A DNA stretch of 63,613 bases, the filler included, from Candidatus Woesearchaeota archaeon (GTDB taxonomy: Archaea; Nanobdellota; Nanobdellia; Woesearchaeales; BM511): NCBI GenBank assembly GCA_023266675.1. It is 4 parts of 4 records of this genome, joined end to end, with 100 filler letters (N's around TTAATTAATTAA, not from the genome) between each part and the next. Parts side by side here need not be neighbours in the genome. Positions count along the whole stretch, not along the records: positions 1 to 20,465 come from JAHFPP010000019.1; positions 20,566 to 40,393 come from JAHFPP010000020.1; 2 more parts are not named here. One strand, given 5' to 3'. A program made the translations under genes and the position numbers. Position 1 is the stretch's first letter. Each line of letters opens with the position of its first letter. The notes beneath the pieces are model-generated. The model did no database searches. It saw nothing but the letters and a program-made list of their open reading frames with translations, and had not been told where the DNA came from. Shown here piece after piece: positions 17,118-26,752 of this stretch.

Positions 17118-18848
17118 TTACAGATAATAAAGCTTGTTCTCTGCTTTTTGCTCTCTGTCTTTTTGGCTTTCAGGCTTGTTTGCTCGCGGCCTGTTTGACT
17201 CTGGGTCACGCCTAAAAGTCATGTTGAGGTCTTTAAGGAATTTATTCATGCCGTCCTGCATGCTCATTGGTTCATTTGCAACCCCTTTAACTGCAGGTAT
17301 TCCGTCAAAAACCATGATTTTCTCAGAGAAATAATCAATGAAAAGCAAATCGTGGTCAACTATTATTGCCGCTTTTTCAAGCATAAACATAAAATCCTTT
17401 ATCACTTTTGAGACTAGAAGCCTTTGCTCAACATCAAGATAAGCTGATGGCTCGTCAAGCAGGAATATGTCAGCGTCCTCACTAAGGCATTTTACAATTT
17501 CAACTCGCTGATGTTCACCGCCTGATAATTCATCCAGATTCTTGTCAAGCAATGGCTCAATATTTAATGGATTAATAAGCTGTGACTTGTATTTTCCTAT
17601 TGCATTCTTTAGATAAAGTATCACAGGCTCGTCACTTTTATTAAGATACTGCGGTTTATAAGATATTTTTACAGGAATTTTTCCGTATGTTAACTCTTTT
17701 ACAAAAGTTGTTTTTCCTATTCCATTTTCGCCAAGAACGCCGATGACTTCATTTTTGAATATTTTGCCTTTGACAGCATTTAATGTAAAACTCCCTTGGG
17801 TTTTTTCAAAGTCATCCCAGCTAGTTAAAACAACATGCCGTTTAAGCTGTATTGGAGGCTTTGAGTCAAATTTAATCTCGTTATCCCTAAATCGCATGTT
17901 TTCTTCCCTCAAGTATCCTGAGAGGTAAGTGTTTATCCCAACCCTTGCGGTTTTTGGGAGTGAAACTATGCCGTAAACTGTTTCACGCCCATACATGAGG
18001 TGAACTAGATCAGTCATGTAATCAAGGATTATAAGATCGTGCTCAATGACAAGCACGCTTGTGTTTTCGTCCGCAAGTTTTCGTATGAATTTTGAAACTT
18101 TAATCCTCTGCTTTATATCAAGGTATGATGTCGGCTCGTCAAACATGTAAAGGTTTGCTTTTTTTAGAACAGTTGCAGCTATTGCAACCCTTTGTAATTC
18201 GCCACCAGAAATGCTTTCTATGTTTGACTCAAGTATCCGCTCTATTTCAAGCTCTTTGCAGATTTCCAAGAGCTGATTTTTTTCGTCAACTTTTTTTAGA
18301 AGGTCAATGACTTTTCCGTTGAAGCTTTTAGGTATAGAATCAACTTCCTGAGGCTTGTATGATATCTTTATTTTTCCGTCCCGAAGTTTTTCAAAAAAGC
18401 TCTGCGCTTCAGAACCCTTGAATCTGTCAATAAGGTCGCTGTAGCTTGCCTCTTTTCCAATCTGTCCAAGATTAGGCTTAAGAATACCTGCAATAATTTT
18501 TAGCGCTGTAGACTTCCCAATACCATTTCTGCCAACTATGCCTACAACTTTTCCAAACATTGGAGTAGGTAGTGAGAATAATTCAAATCCGTTTACGCCG
18601 TGCCTGTGAATTGGCTCGGCATTTAATTCCTCTGGAAGATTGATTATCTGAATGCATTTTGTCGGACATTTCTTGACGCAGATACCGCAGCCTATGCAAA
18701 GGTTTTCAACTATCTCAGCCTTGTTGTTAGCGCCTGTCTTTACGCATTCAATACCCTGCCTGTTGACTGGGCACACTTTTTCGCATAAAAGCTCGCAACC
18801 TTTGCCGTTAATGCATTTTGCTTTTTCAATAACTGCTATTCTTGACAT
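17118..18848 (-). CDS. rli: Ribosome recycling ATPase ABCE1/RLI
   Basis: N-terminal Fe-S Cys motifs, two ABC domains (GRNGIGKST, GENGIGKTT); start MSRIAV at 18848. Confidence 0.95.
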   Translation of the reverse strand: MSRIAVIEKAKCINGKGCELLCEKVCPVNRQGIECVKTGANNKAEIVENLCIGCGICVKKCPTKCIQIINLPEELNAEPIHRHGVNGFELFSLPTPMFGKVVGIVGRNGIGKSTALKIIAGILKPNLGQIGKEASYSDLIDRFKGSEAQSFFEKLRDGKIKISYKPQEVDSIPKSFNGKVIDLLKKVDEKNQLLEICKELEIERILESNIESISGGELQRVAIAATVLKKANLYMFDEPTSYLDIKQRIKVSKFIRKLADENTSVLVIEHDLIILDYMTDLVHLMYGRETVYGIVSLPKTARVGINTYLSGYLREENMRFRDNEIKFDSKPPIQLKRHVVLTSWDDFEKTQGSFTLNAVKGKIFKNEVIGVLGENGIGKTTFVKELTYGKIPVKISYKPQYLNKSDEPVILYLKNAIGKYKSQLINPLNIEPLLDKNLDELSGGEHQRVEIVKCLSEDADIFLLDEPSAYLDVEQRLLVSKVIKDFMFMLEKAAIIVDHDLLFIDYFSEKIMVFDGIPAVKGVANEPMSMQDGMNKFLKDLNMTFRRDPESNRPRANKPESQKDREQKAENKLYYL

Positions 18849-18969
18849 AATGCTTAAGAAAATATCAGAGTTTAAAAGGTTTATTCTATAAACGTGAGAA
18901 TTATGCGGAAATTGAGAATATAACAAGCTTTAAAAATAATAATTTTTAATACCCAAGTAAGGTGAGACA

Positions 18970-19224
18970 ATGGCTATTTTAAAGACAGATGCGAAAGAAA
19001 TTACGCTTAATGACGGCGCAGCAGTTATTGATGCTGCAGAGGAGCTTGGTGTGCCTTTTGGATGCAGGCAGGGAATATGCGGTGCATGCAAGACAGAAGT
19101 AGTTGAAGGTATGGAAAATCTTGGCGAGAAAAATGCAGAAGAAAATGACATGGCGCTTGAACCAAACGAAAGACTAATGTGTCAATGCAAGATAGTAAAA
19201 GGCACTGTTAAGATTAAAGTTTAA
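18970..19224 (+). CDS. 2Fe-2S ferredoxin
   Basis: CRQGICGAC...RLMCQC. Confidence 0.9.
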   Translation: MAILKTDAKEITLNDGAAVIDAAEELGVPFGCRQGICGACKTEVVEGMENLGEKNAEENDMALEPNERLMCQCKIVKGTVKIKV

Positions 19225-19227
19225 TAT

Positions 19228-20465
19228 TTACTTTTTATCCTCTTGTTTTCCTGGTTTTACAGGAATTTCCCATTTATCAAATTTTATCCTATCCTCGTTA
19301 ATGCCAATTTCTGACAATATTTTTCTGATAGATGTCATCATGCTTGGTGAGCCACAGATGTAGTATACATATTCACTTGGACGCTTTACATATTTAAGTA
19401 TCATTTCTTTTGTAATATATCCTTTTTCTCCTCGCCATGAGTCATCATACTTTCCAAGAGTGTTCATAATATATATGTTATCATGGCTTAGATAATCAAG
19501 TTCTTCCCTAAATATTATGTCTTCATATTTGAAATTTCCATTAAGCAGTATCACATTATTCTTCATACCTTTTTCGTTTATAAAGCGAAGAATACTGATA
19601 AAGGGTGTTATGCCTGAGCCTCCTGAGAGAAATACCATGTTTTCTTTACGGCTTTCGTCAAAATTAAATATGTCGCCAAGTGGACCTTTTATTTTCAATG
19701 AGTCACCTTGTTTTAATGTGAATAACTCTGTTGTGAAGCTTCCGGTTTTTTTTATTGTAAGCTTTAAATCCTGCTCAAGTGGCGAACTACTAAGTGTTAT
19801 TGGAATGCTGTTTTTTTTGTCAATAACACGGCCATCATTAAACTGAAGCATGACATACTGTCCTGCAAAGTATTTGAATCCTTCTGGCCTTTCAAGGACA
19901 AAAGTTTTGACGTCATGAGTTTCATCATGTACTCTTTTTATTGAGCATGAAAATTTGTTTGATAAAGTATTTTTGATGACTGCAGTGTTGAGTTGAGGTG
20001 TTTCAATTAACCCAAGTTCAACATGTTTTTGGTGAATTTGTTCTGCAAAATTTCTAACATCATTATAGTGGTCTTCTTTTATCAGGCCTTTTACAAGCAG
20101 AGATTCAATGTATTCTGAGTGGAAATTGTTGGTGCTTTGGGCAATTTTATCTTTAACCTGACTTCCCCACTCATATGAACCTATATATCCAATAATTCTT
20201 GTTTTTGGATGAAGAGCGTTTAAAAAGCCGATTGCGGATGAAACCCGCGGATGCATTCCTCCAAGAAATGAAGGCGAACCAATAATTAAAGTTGATGCAT
20301 CAACTAATTCCATTGCTATTCGCCCAGTGTCTGCGTCAATAAGGTTGTATTCCTGTACTTTGAAGCCTTTTTCTATAAGGCATGAGATTAAGTATTCAAC
20401 AAGTCTTTTTGTGCTTCCATGCATGGAGATATATGCGATTACAACTTTTGGACTTACTTTCTTTG
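19228..20465 (-). CDS. FprA-type flavodoxin domain fused to FNR-like FAD/NAD(P) oxidoreductase (5' truncated by contig end)
   Basis: YISMHGST/GSYEWG flavodoxin, then AGQY, GPLG, GGSGITPF, YICGS. Confidence 0.8.
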
Positions 20466-20565
20466 NNNNNNNNNNNNNNNNNNNNNNNNNNNNNNNNNNN
20501 NNNNNNNNNTTAATTAATTAANNNNNNNNNNNNNNNNNNNNNNNNNNNNNNNNNNNNNNNNNNNN
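20466..20565. other. Artificial contig linker
   Basis: N-run with TTAATTAATTAA (stops in six frames). Confidence 0.97.
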
Positions 20566-20694
20566 ATAAAATTTTCTTGCTCAAAAAATTTATAATCTTT
20601 AAGAGCCATAGTGACTATATAACTTACTATAGTTTATAAATTTTTTGTTTTTTTAAGCATTAACTTATTAAATTCTATTATTTTTTTTTAACTT

Positions 20695-21075
20695 ATGCAG
20701 CCAACAATTAAAATCCCGTCTGACGTTGTTGAGGAGATTATAGAGTTCTCTAGGGAAGTTTATCCTAATGAGTTCTTGGCATTTTTGGAAGGGAAGGTAA
20801 AGACTGACGGAGTTGTCATCAAAAACCTTGCATATTATCCTCATGAAGCTTCAGAGAACAGCGTTACCACTATATATCATATGGGAACGCACACTACAGA
20901 TTTTATTGGAACAGTTCATTCTCATCCTAATGGAGATAACCGTCCTTCAAAACAGGATTTAAGAACGTTCAACCACGACGGAGTTGTGCATTTCATTATC
21001 AACAATCCTTTTAGAAAAGAAAGTTTGAGATGTTTTGGCAATGATGGTAAAGAACTTGAATTTGAAATTGTTTAA
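20695..21075 (+). CDS. JAMM/MPN (Mov34) metalloprotease
   Basis: E...HSHPNGDNRPSKQD. Confidence 0.9.
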   Translation: MQPTIKIPSDVVEEIIEFSREVYPNEFLAFLEGKVKTDGVVIKNLAYYPHEASENSVTTIYHMGTHTTDFIGTVHSHPNGDNRPSKQDLRTFNHDGVVHFIINNPFRKESLRCFGNDGKELEFEIV

Positions 21076-21190
21076 CATTTTTTAGTGAAGACCATTCAAC
21101 GTTTTTGGTTGAATAGGCTGAGTTTTGATTAACCTTTTTTTAAAATGTTATTGGGAAAGAACTTGAATTTGAAATTGTTTAACATTTTTT
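21049..21190 (+). repeat. REP-like hairpin element flanked by a 35-bp direct repeat
   Basis: AAAGAACTTGAATTTGAAATTGTTTAACATTTTTT at 21049-21083 and 21156-21190. Confidence 0.75.
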
Positions 21191-21198
21191 TTAAAAGG

Positions 21199-21501
21199 TT
21201 ATATGAGTTCATTTAATTCATCCTGTCTGTAAATTTCTAAAAATCTTACTTTATCTGTTTGATTTGGTTTTGGCATTTTGTAGCCGAATTTTGAGGTTTC
21301 TCGTCCTATATCAAGGCCTTCTCCTCTTAGATCAAGCACGTAATCAAGTAAAATGGAAGTGTCTGATATATCATCAGGCCTAAACTGTTTCTTATATGCT
21401 TCCCCGGGTTTAAACGTTTGCAAAAGCCTAACTGCAGATGAAATAGACATCTCAGCTTCTATGCTCTCTGAAATGTCATCACTCAATTCGCGAAACTCCA
21501 T
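21199..21501 (-). CDS. Hypothetical protein
   Basis: 100-aa ORF. Confidence 0.55.
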   Translation of the reverse strand: MEFRELSDDISESIEAEMSISSAVRLLQTFKPGEAYKKQFRPDDISDTSILLDYVLDLRGEGLDIGRETSKFGYKMPKPNQTDKVRFLEIYRQDELNELI

Positions 21502-21584
21502 TTTTTCAGGAAGAATATGTTTCTATTTATATTTTTTTAAAATTAACCTAACATTTTTATAAAACCTATTTCATTTCTTTTATT

Positions 21585-22472
21585 ATGGTTGAATTATTCG
21601 CTTTTTTAATTGTGCTTTTCGCGCTGTTAATCGGCTCCTACACAGATATCAAGGTGAGAGAGGTTCCTGATTGGCTTAGTTTTTTTCTAATAGCCGCAGG
21701 ATTTGGAATTGGCATAATCAAGTCAGTTATTGATTTGAGTTTCTCGCCATTAATCAGCTCGTCAATTGGGTTTGGAATCGCGTTTGGAATTTCGCTATTA
21801 ATGTTTTACACAGGGCAGTGGGGTGGAGGGGATGCTAAGATTCTCATGGGAGTTGGCGCAGTAATTGGAGTAACTTTTGATTTTCAAAACATCATTCCAT
21901 CACTGCTCACGAATTTTTTCCTTTCATTCATATTCAACACAATAATAGTCGGCGCTTTTTACGGGCTACTCTGGGGTATTGGTCTGGGGATAGTGAATCG
22001 AAAAAAACTTTTCTTGGAAATTGAACAAATATTCTTTTCTGAGAAGATAAAAAAATTGAGATACTTCACTGCAATAGCTTGTGCTATTCTTGTAATTGTG
22101 ATATTCTCGCTTCCATTTAGGGCAGTCAGGTTTTCGCTAATTACTCTTGTATTAATCATATTCTCAACTTTGTATCTTTGGATTTATGTCAAGGCTGTTG
22201 AAAAAGTCTGCATGGTAAAAAAAGTAACGCCTAGTGAATTAACAGAAGGCGACTGGATAATTGAAGACATCATAATCAATAAAAAATTTATTGCAGGAAA
22301 AAAAGATTTGGGCGTTTCAAAAGAGCAGATAAAAGAGTTAACTTCTTTTTTTAAAGAGGGAAAAATAAAACATGTAACAATAAAAACAGGCATTCCCTTT
22401 ATCCCAAGTTTTTTGATTAGTCTTCTAATCACTTATTTTGCTGGCAATATATTCTTATTGTTTGTCCATTAA
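21585..22472 (+). CDS. Prepilin/class III signal peptidase (A24; PibD/FlaK-like)
   Basis: SYTD-REVPD, GGGDAK, C-terminal PFIP; multi-TM. Confidence 0.9.
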   Translation: MVELFAFLIVLFALLIGSYTDIKVREVPDWLSFFLIAAGFGIGIIKSVIDLSFSPLISSSIGFGIAFGISLLMFYTGQWGGGDAKILMGVGAVIGVTFDFQNIIPSLLTNFFLSFIFNTIIVGAFYGLLWGIGLGIVNRKKLFLEIEQIFFSEKIKKLRYFTAIACAILVIVIFSLPFRAVRFSLITLVLIIFSTLYLWIYVKAVEKVCMVKKVTPSELTEGDWIIEDIIINKKFIAGKKDLGVSKEQIKELTSFFKEGKIKHVTIKTGIPFIPSFLISLLITYFAGNIFLLFVH

Positions 22473-22478
22473 TAATTA

Positions 22479-22518
22479 ATGAAAGACAAAAATCACACAT
22501 ATTTGTTTTGTCTTTCAT
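22479..22518. terminator. 13-bp stem hairpin after the peptidase
   Basis: ATGAAAGACAAAA / TTTTGTCTTTCAT. Confidence 0.45.
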
Positions 22519-22653
22519 AAACTTATTTAACGAAGTTCTAATATGCGATACTAATGTCGCTAACTAAATAACCGAAACGTATTTATAGGTGTTATATCAG
22601 ATTAGACTTATTAGATTACTAAATCAACTTATCAATTAGAGGTGCGCATTCAA

Positions 22654-23187
22654 ATGTTTAAGTATTTTAACAAAAAGGGTATTTCTCCTATAATCGCTAC
22701 AGTGCTTCTAGTTGTGATTACAATTGCAATCGGTGCCACAACCATGGCTTTTATACGAAGCTTAACAGATACAAATTTTGAGACAGCAAAAGAACAGACT
22801 GCAAAAATTGCATGCGGCAGTCAGATACAGTTTGAGATTCCTATTGTAAGCAAAAAATACAAGATTTGCTATTACAATGATACGGGGACAATAAACTTGC
22901 TTTTGCATAATACTGGCTCAGTTGATATCAAGGGATTCTCGCTTACAACTATATTGACAAATGGTTCAGTATACACAACCGATTTTACAGGGGATTCAAA
23001 TATAATAGTCAAGAATGAATATAAGACATACAATCTCACGCCATCACCAACAGTTGATTATACAACGACTTCAGTCAGTCAGTGGAGAGTTGAACCTGAG
23101 ATTCAGGGAGACCCAGGTAAGGAATTGACTGTATGTACTGACTCAGCTATTGTAAGGGATGACGTTCAGATAGCTGTTTGTGACTAA
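22654..23187 (+). CDS. Archaeal type IV pilin
   Basis: KKG/ISPIIATVLLVV class III signal; GAGGTG RBS favours ATG 22654. Confidence 0.9.
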   Translation: MFKYFNKKGISPIIATVLLVVITIAIGATTMAFIRSLTDTNFETAKEQTAKIACGSQIQFEIPIVSKKYKICYYNDTGTINLLLHNTGSVDIKGFSLTTILTNGSVYTTDFTGDSNIIVKNEYKTYNLTPSPTVDYTTTSVSQWRVEPEIQGDPGKELTVCTDSAIVRDDVQIAVCD

Positions 23188-23216
23188 ATTTTTTTATAAA
23201 TTTCTTTTTATAAGAA

Positions 23217-23747
23217 TTAGGGCATTCTGTGAAACTGTTTAACCATATAATCATCTTTGTCATTTTCAACAAGCTTTTCTACATGAGTGATTTTTTTTGG
23301 TTCATCAAAATCTCCAAGAATTGCTTTCTCAACATATGTTTTCAGGAAATGATGCGTGTTTTCAAGTTTTAAATTGTCAGCTTTTACTGGTGGCCATTCC
23401 ATATTTATACCGTCAGTGTCAGTCCGCGGGATTATATTTACTATGAAATGCGCAAATTTCTGTCCTGCTTCAGGTCCATTGTTAATAAGTATATTTGTAC
23501 CATGAATATTTAGGCTTTCAAAAAGCGCTGTTGAGATATTGTTTGAAATATTAAACATGTTTGAAAATATTTTTTCAGGAACTTCTTCAATTATTCTGAA
23601 ATGCTCTTTTGGTATCAAAAGCGTATGTCCAAGAAACGCTGGAGCTTCATGAAGCATGGCTATCATCTCATCATCTTCATAAACCACTTTAAATGAATCC
23701 TTTTTCATAATCATTTCACATATGTCGCACTGCGGTTTATCAGTCAT
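23217..23747 (-). CDS. HIT-family protein (degenerate triad)
   Basis: CDIC, GHTLLIPKEH, AHFIVNIIPR. Confidence 0.8.
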   Translation of the reverse strand: MTDKPQCDICEMIMKKDSFKVVYEDDEMIAMLHEAPAFLGHTLLIPKEHFRIIEEVPEKIFSNMFNISNNISTALFESLNIHGTNILINNGPEAGQKFAHFIVNIIPRTDTDGINMEWPPVKADNLKLENTHHFLKTYVEKAILGDFDEPKKITHVEKLVENDKDDYMVKQFHRMP

Positions 23748-24673
23748 ATTCTTCCACCAAGAAGCAATCGGGATATGTCATCAAGATTAGATCTTGATGT
23801 ACTTTCATCAGATTTATCTGATGATGTGTTATCAAGGTTTGTGTTTGAATTATTATCTTCTGATATATCTTCATCAGAATTTTTATTGTTATCTACTTCA
23901 TTATTTTGTGATTCTGTATTCTCTTTTTCATTTATCTTCACTTTTTCGCTTTTTCTCTGCTTCTTTCCCCCTCTTGCCATTGGCACCCTTGCAACGTCTC
24001 CATCCGCGTCAATGTAATATAAGTATCCTTTCTCTTTTTTTATTCCTACCCTGGATATCTTTCTAGGATGTGTAAATAGTGGTTTAATTTCCTGGATTTT
24101 TTCTTCTGCAACTTCCATAGGGATTATTTCTTCTTTTCTTTGATAATTAACCTGATGAACTGGTAATGGCGCTTCTTGAATTATTTGTTGAGGTGACGAG
24201 TGAATCTTTTTTCCAGTGATATTTTCAATTTTTTTTATTATAATATTCTTGACTTTATCAAGGTCATCTGCATTGATGGTAGTTGATTGTATATCAAAGA
24301 ACTCCTTCTCGGATTTACGAGGGATTATATGCACCATGAAGTGCGGAGCTTTTTGTCCGGCTACTGCGCCGTTTGCAACAAAAATGCTTGTTGATTTACC
24401 AAGGGTTGAAATTAATAGCGCCTTTGATATTTTTTTTGAAACTATTCCAAGATGCATTATAACCTCTTTTGGAACCTGCGGCATTATCTGATAATGCTCT
24501 TTTGGCAAAAGTATCACATGCCCTTCATTTGCAGGATTTATGTCAAGAATTGCTACGCATATTTTGTCTTCATGAACTTTTTTTGATGGAATCTCATCCT
24601 TTATTATCTTGCAGAATATACAATTTTGTTTTTGTAGCGCCGCAGCCTGTTCTGCTGATTGTGTTTCTGACAT
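23744..24673 (-). CDS. HIT-family protein with C-terminal extension
   Basis: CIFCKI, GHVILLPKEH, PHFMVHIIPR. Confidence 0.85.
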   Translation of the reverse strand: MSETQSAEQAAALQKQNCIFCKIIKDEIPSKKVHEDKICVAILDINPANEGHVILLPKEHYQIMPQVPKEVIMHLGIVSKKISKALLISTLGKSTSIFVANGAVAGQKAPHFMVHIIPRKSEKEFFDIQSTTINADDLDKVKNIIIKKIENITGKKIHSSPQQIIQEAPLPVHQVNYQRKEEIIPMEVAEEKIQEIKPLFTHPRKISRVGIKKEKGYLYYIDADGDVARVPMARGGKKQRKSEKVKINEKENTESQNNEVDNNKNSDEDISEDNNSNTNLDNTSSDKSDESTSRSNLDDISRLLLGGRI

Positions 24674-24762
24674 AATCTTTTCTGTTGCTACTATTCTTTA
24701 AAAAAGTATCGAAAGACAAAACAAAGTATCAGCGTTATTGAAAAGTTAAACGTCTGTGCCAC

Positions 24763-24990
24763 AACCCTTTAAGAAAGCGTTGACGGAAACAAGGTCTATT
24801 CAAACAAGTTTGAATAACCAATATTTTGATTAAACACAAGAAAATGCAAAAAACGCATTTTCTGCGCACAGAAAAGTTTTTTTTCTTGTGCTTTTATAAA
24901 AGTTTAGGCCAGACGGAATCGAGTGAACCAACCTTTTAAAAAAGCTTGAGTAAAACAGTTCGGACTATTTCAAAAAAAGAAATAGTCCTT
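24763..24990. repeat. Cluster of REP-like hairpin elements in both orientations
   Basis: AAGGTCTATTCAAAC-GTTTGAATA...TTTTGATTAAAC at 24791; inverted copy 24930-24990. Confidence 0.7.
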
Positions 24991-25138
24991 AGTATTGCGC
25001 GTCAACCGAGCATAACCGGTTGTTTTAAGCGAGCGAGATGAAGTAGGGTAACTTTTCAATAACATAGAAAGAGAAAACATTGTATCGATACTTTTATATA
25101 TCCACTCAACAGATAATTATTAGCGTGGGTGAATTTAT

Positions 25139-26680
25139 TTGAAAAAGAGCGTTGTAATCTTATTGGCATTGTTGCTTTTAGTTGGGACAGCGTTTGCATC
25201 TAATCAGCTGATTTCTTATCAGGGAAGAGTTGGTCAAAACGGTCAGTCTCTTTTGACAGGAAATGTTACTGTGTATATTTATACGGCGAGTAGCGGTGGA
25301 AGTCTTGTTTGGAGTGATACGTTCACTGATTCAATAAACAAGGGATATTTTGATTTGGTTCTTGGTTCAAATACTCCTCTTAGTCTTACTTTTGGTCGTC
25401 ATTATTTTGTTGACATGGATGTTAATGGTCAAAACATCAATTGGTCTAATGGCGCTGACAGAATAGAGTTTGAGTCAAGCGTCGGTTCAATAACAACTTA
25501 TGTGCAAAACCAGTCAGGCTGGAATAAAACCGGAAGTTATATTTACCTTTTTGACACAAATGACAATGTGGGTATAGGAACAACAACTCCTCTTGTAAAG
25601 CTTCATATCAATTCCACTGATGGCATTGTTATTCCTGTTGGTACAACTTTGCAGCGTTCTATAAATGTTACTGGCATGATTCGCTATAACTCTGAAACCT
25701 CCCAGTTTGAAGGCTATGGTATGACATCATGGGGTTCGCTTGGAGGAGTAATTGACGTTAATCAGGATACAAAGATTACTGCTGAGGATTCTGCCGGCGC
25801 AAATAATGATGAGTTAAAGTTTTTCACAAATGGAAGTGAAAGAATGAGAATTTATTCAAATGGAAACGTTGGAATAGGTCTTTCAAATCCTTTAGCAAAA
25901 CTTGATGTGAATGATTCTATAAGACTTCTTGGAAACACGACTCTTCAGGGTGTCTTAAATCTTTTTTTAAACAAAATAATCAATGTCTCAGACCCGACAA
26001 ATCCACAGGACGTCGCAACAAAAAAATATGTTGATGACAATATAATCTCTTTAAATTCTTCATCTATCTCAGATTTGCAGACATTAAATAATTCATTGAA
26101 TAATAGAATAACATCTGTTCAATCAAACGCTGCAGGATGGATTAATACTTCATCAACAACGTCAACAAGTCTTGATGTTAATGTTGATAGTGGAACTCTC
26201 TTTATCAATTCAACTAGTAACAATGTTGGAATTGGAACAATAAATCCGGGTGTAGTTAATGGTGTTGCAGAAGCAGGTGTCAATTTAATTATTAAGAATA
26301 CTGTAAATTCTGCTCGACTTGGAATAGAAGGTTTAGGTTCAGGAATTCTTGATATAGTTGCAACAGGAGCTTCTGCAAATCAAAAATGGTTTAGTATTCA
26401 ATCAGTTGGTGGTAATCTTATAACCTATTCTGTTAATGATGCAGGAAATGTTGTAGCAACAGCAATGGCAATAAATGCAACTTCAGGTAACGTTGGTATA
26501 GGCACTACATCACCAAACGCAACTTTATCTGTTAACGGACTAATTCAGTTAGTTCCAAGAACATCAGCCACATGCAATTCATCTGTTGAAGGCGCAATGT
26601 TTTATAATAGCTCAAATAAACATTTTTACGGATGCAATGGCGCCGCTTGGATTAAGCTTGATACAACTTACGAAGACTGA
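25139..26680 (+). CDS. Secreted adhesin/tail-fibre-like protein with GNVGIG repeats
   Basis: Signal peptide; four (G/D/N)NVGIG repeats; DPTNPQDVATKKYVD. Confidence 0.75.
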   Translation: MKKSVVILLALLLLVGTAFASNQLISYQGRVGQNGQSLLTGNVTVYIYTASSGGSLVWSDTFTDSINKGYFDLVLGSNTPLSLTFGRHYFVDMDVNGQNINWSNGADRIEFESSVGSITTYVQNQSGWNKTGSYIYLFDTNDNVGIGTTTPLVKLHINSTDGIVIPVGTTLQRSINVTGMIRYNSETSQFEGYGMTSWGSLGGVIDVNQDTKITAEDSAGANNDELKFFTNGSERMRIYSNGNVGIGLSNPLAKLDVNDSIRLLGNTTLQGVLNLFLNKIINVSDPTNPQDVATKKYVDDNIISLNSSSISDLQTLNNSLNNRITSVQSNAAGWINTSSTTSTSLDVNVDSGTLFINSTSNNVGIGTINPGVVNGVAEAGVNLIIKNTVNSARLGIEGLGSGILDIVATGASANQKWFSIQSVGGNLITYSVNDAGNVVATAMAINATSGNVGIGTTSPNATLSVNGLIQLVPRTSATCNSSVEGAMFYNSSNKHFYGCNGAAWIKLDTTYED

Positions 26681-26752
26681 TTTACTGATAATTTAAATAT
26701 ATAATATCTTTCCACATACAAGGGGTTAAGTTAAATAGCTTATTAAATAAAA

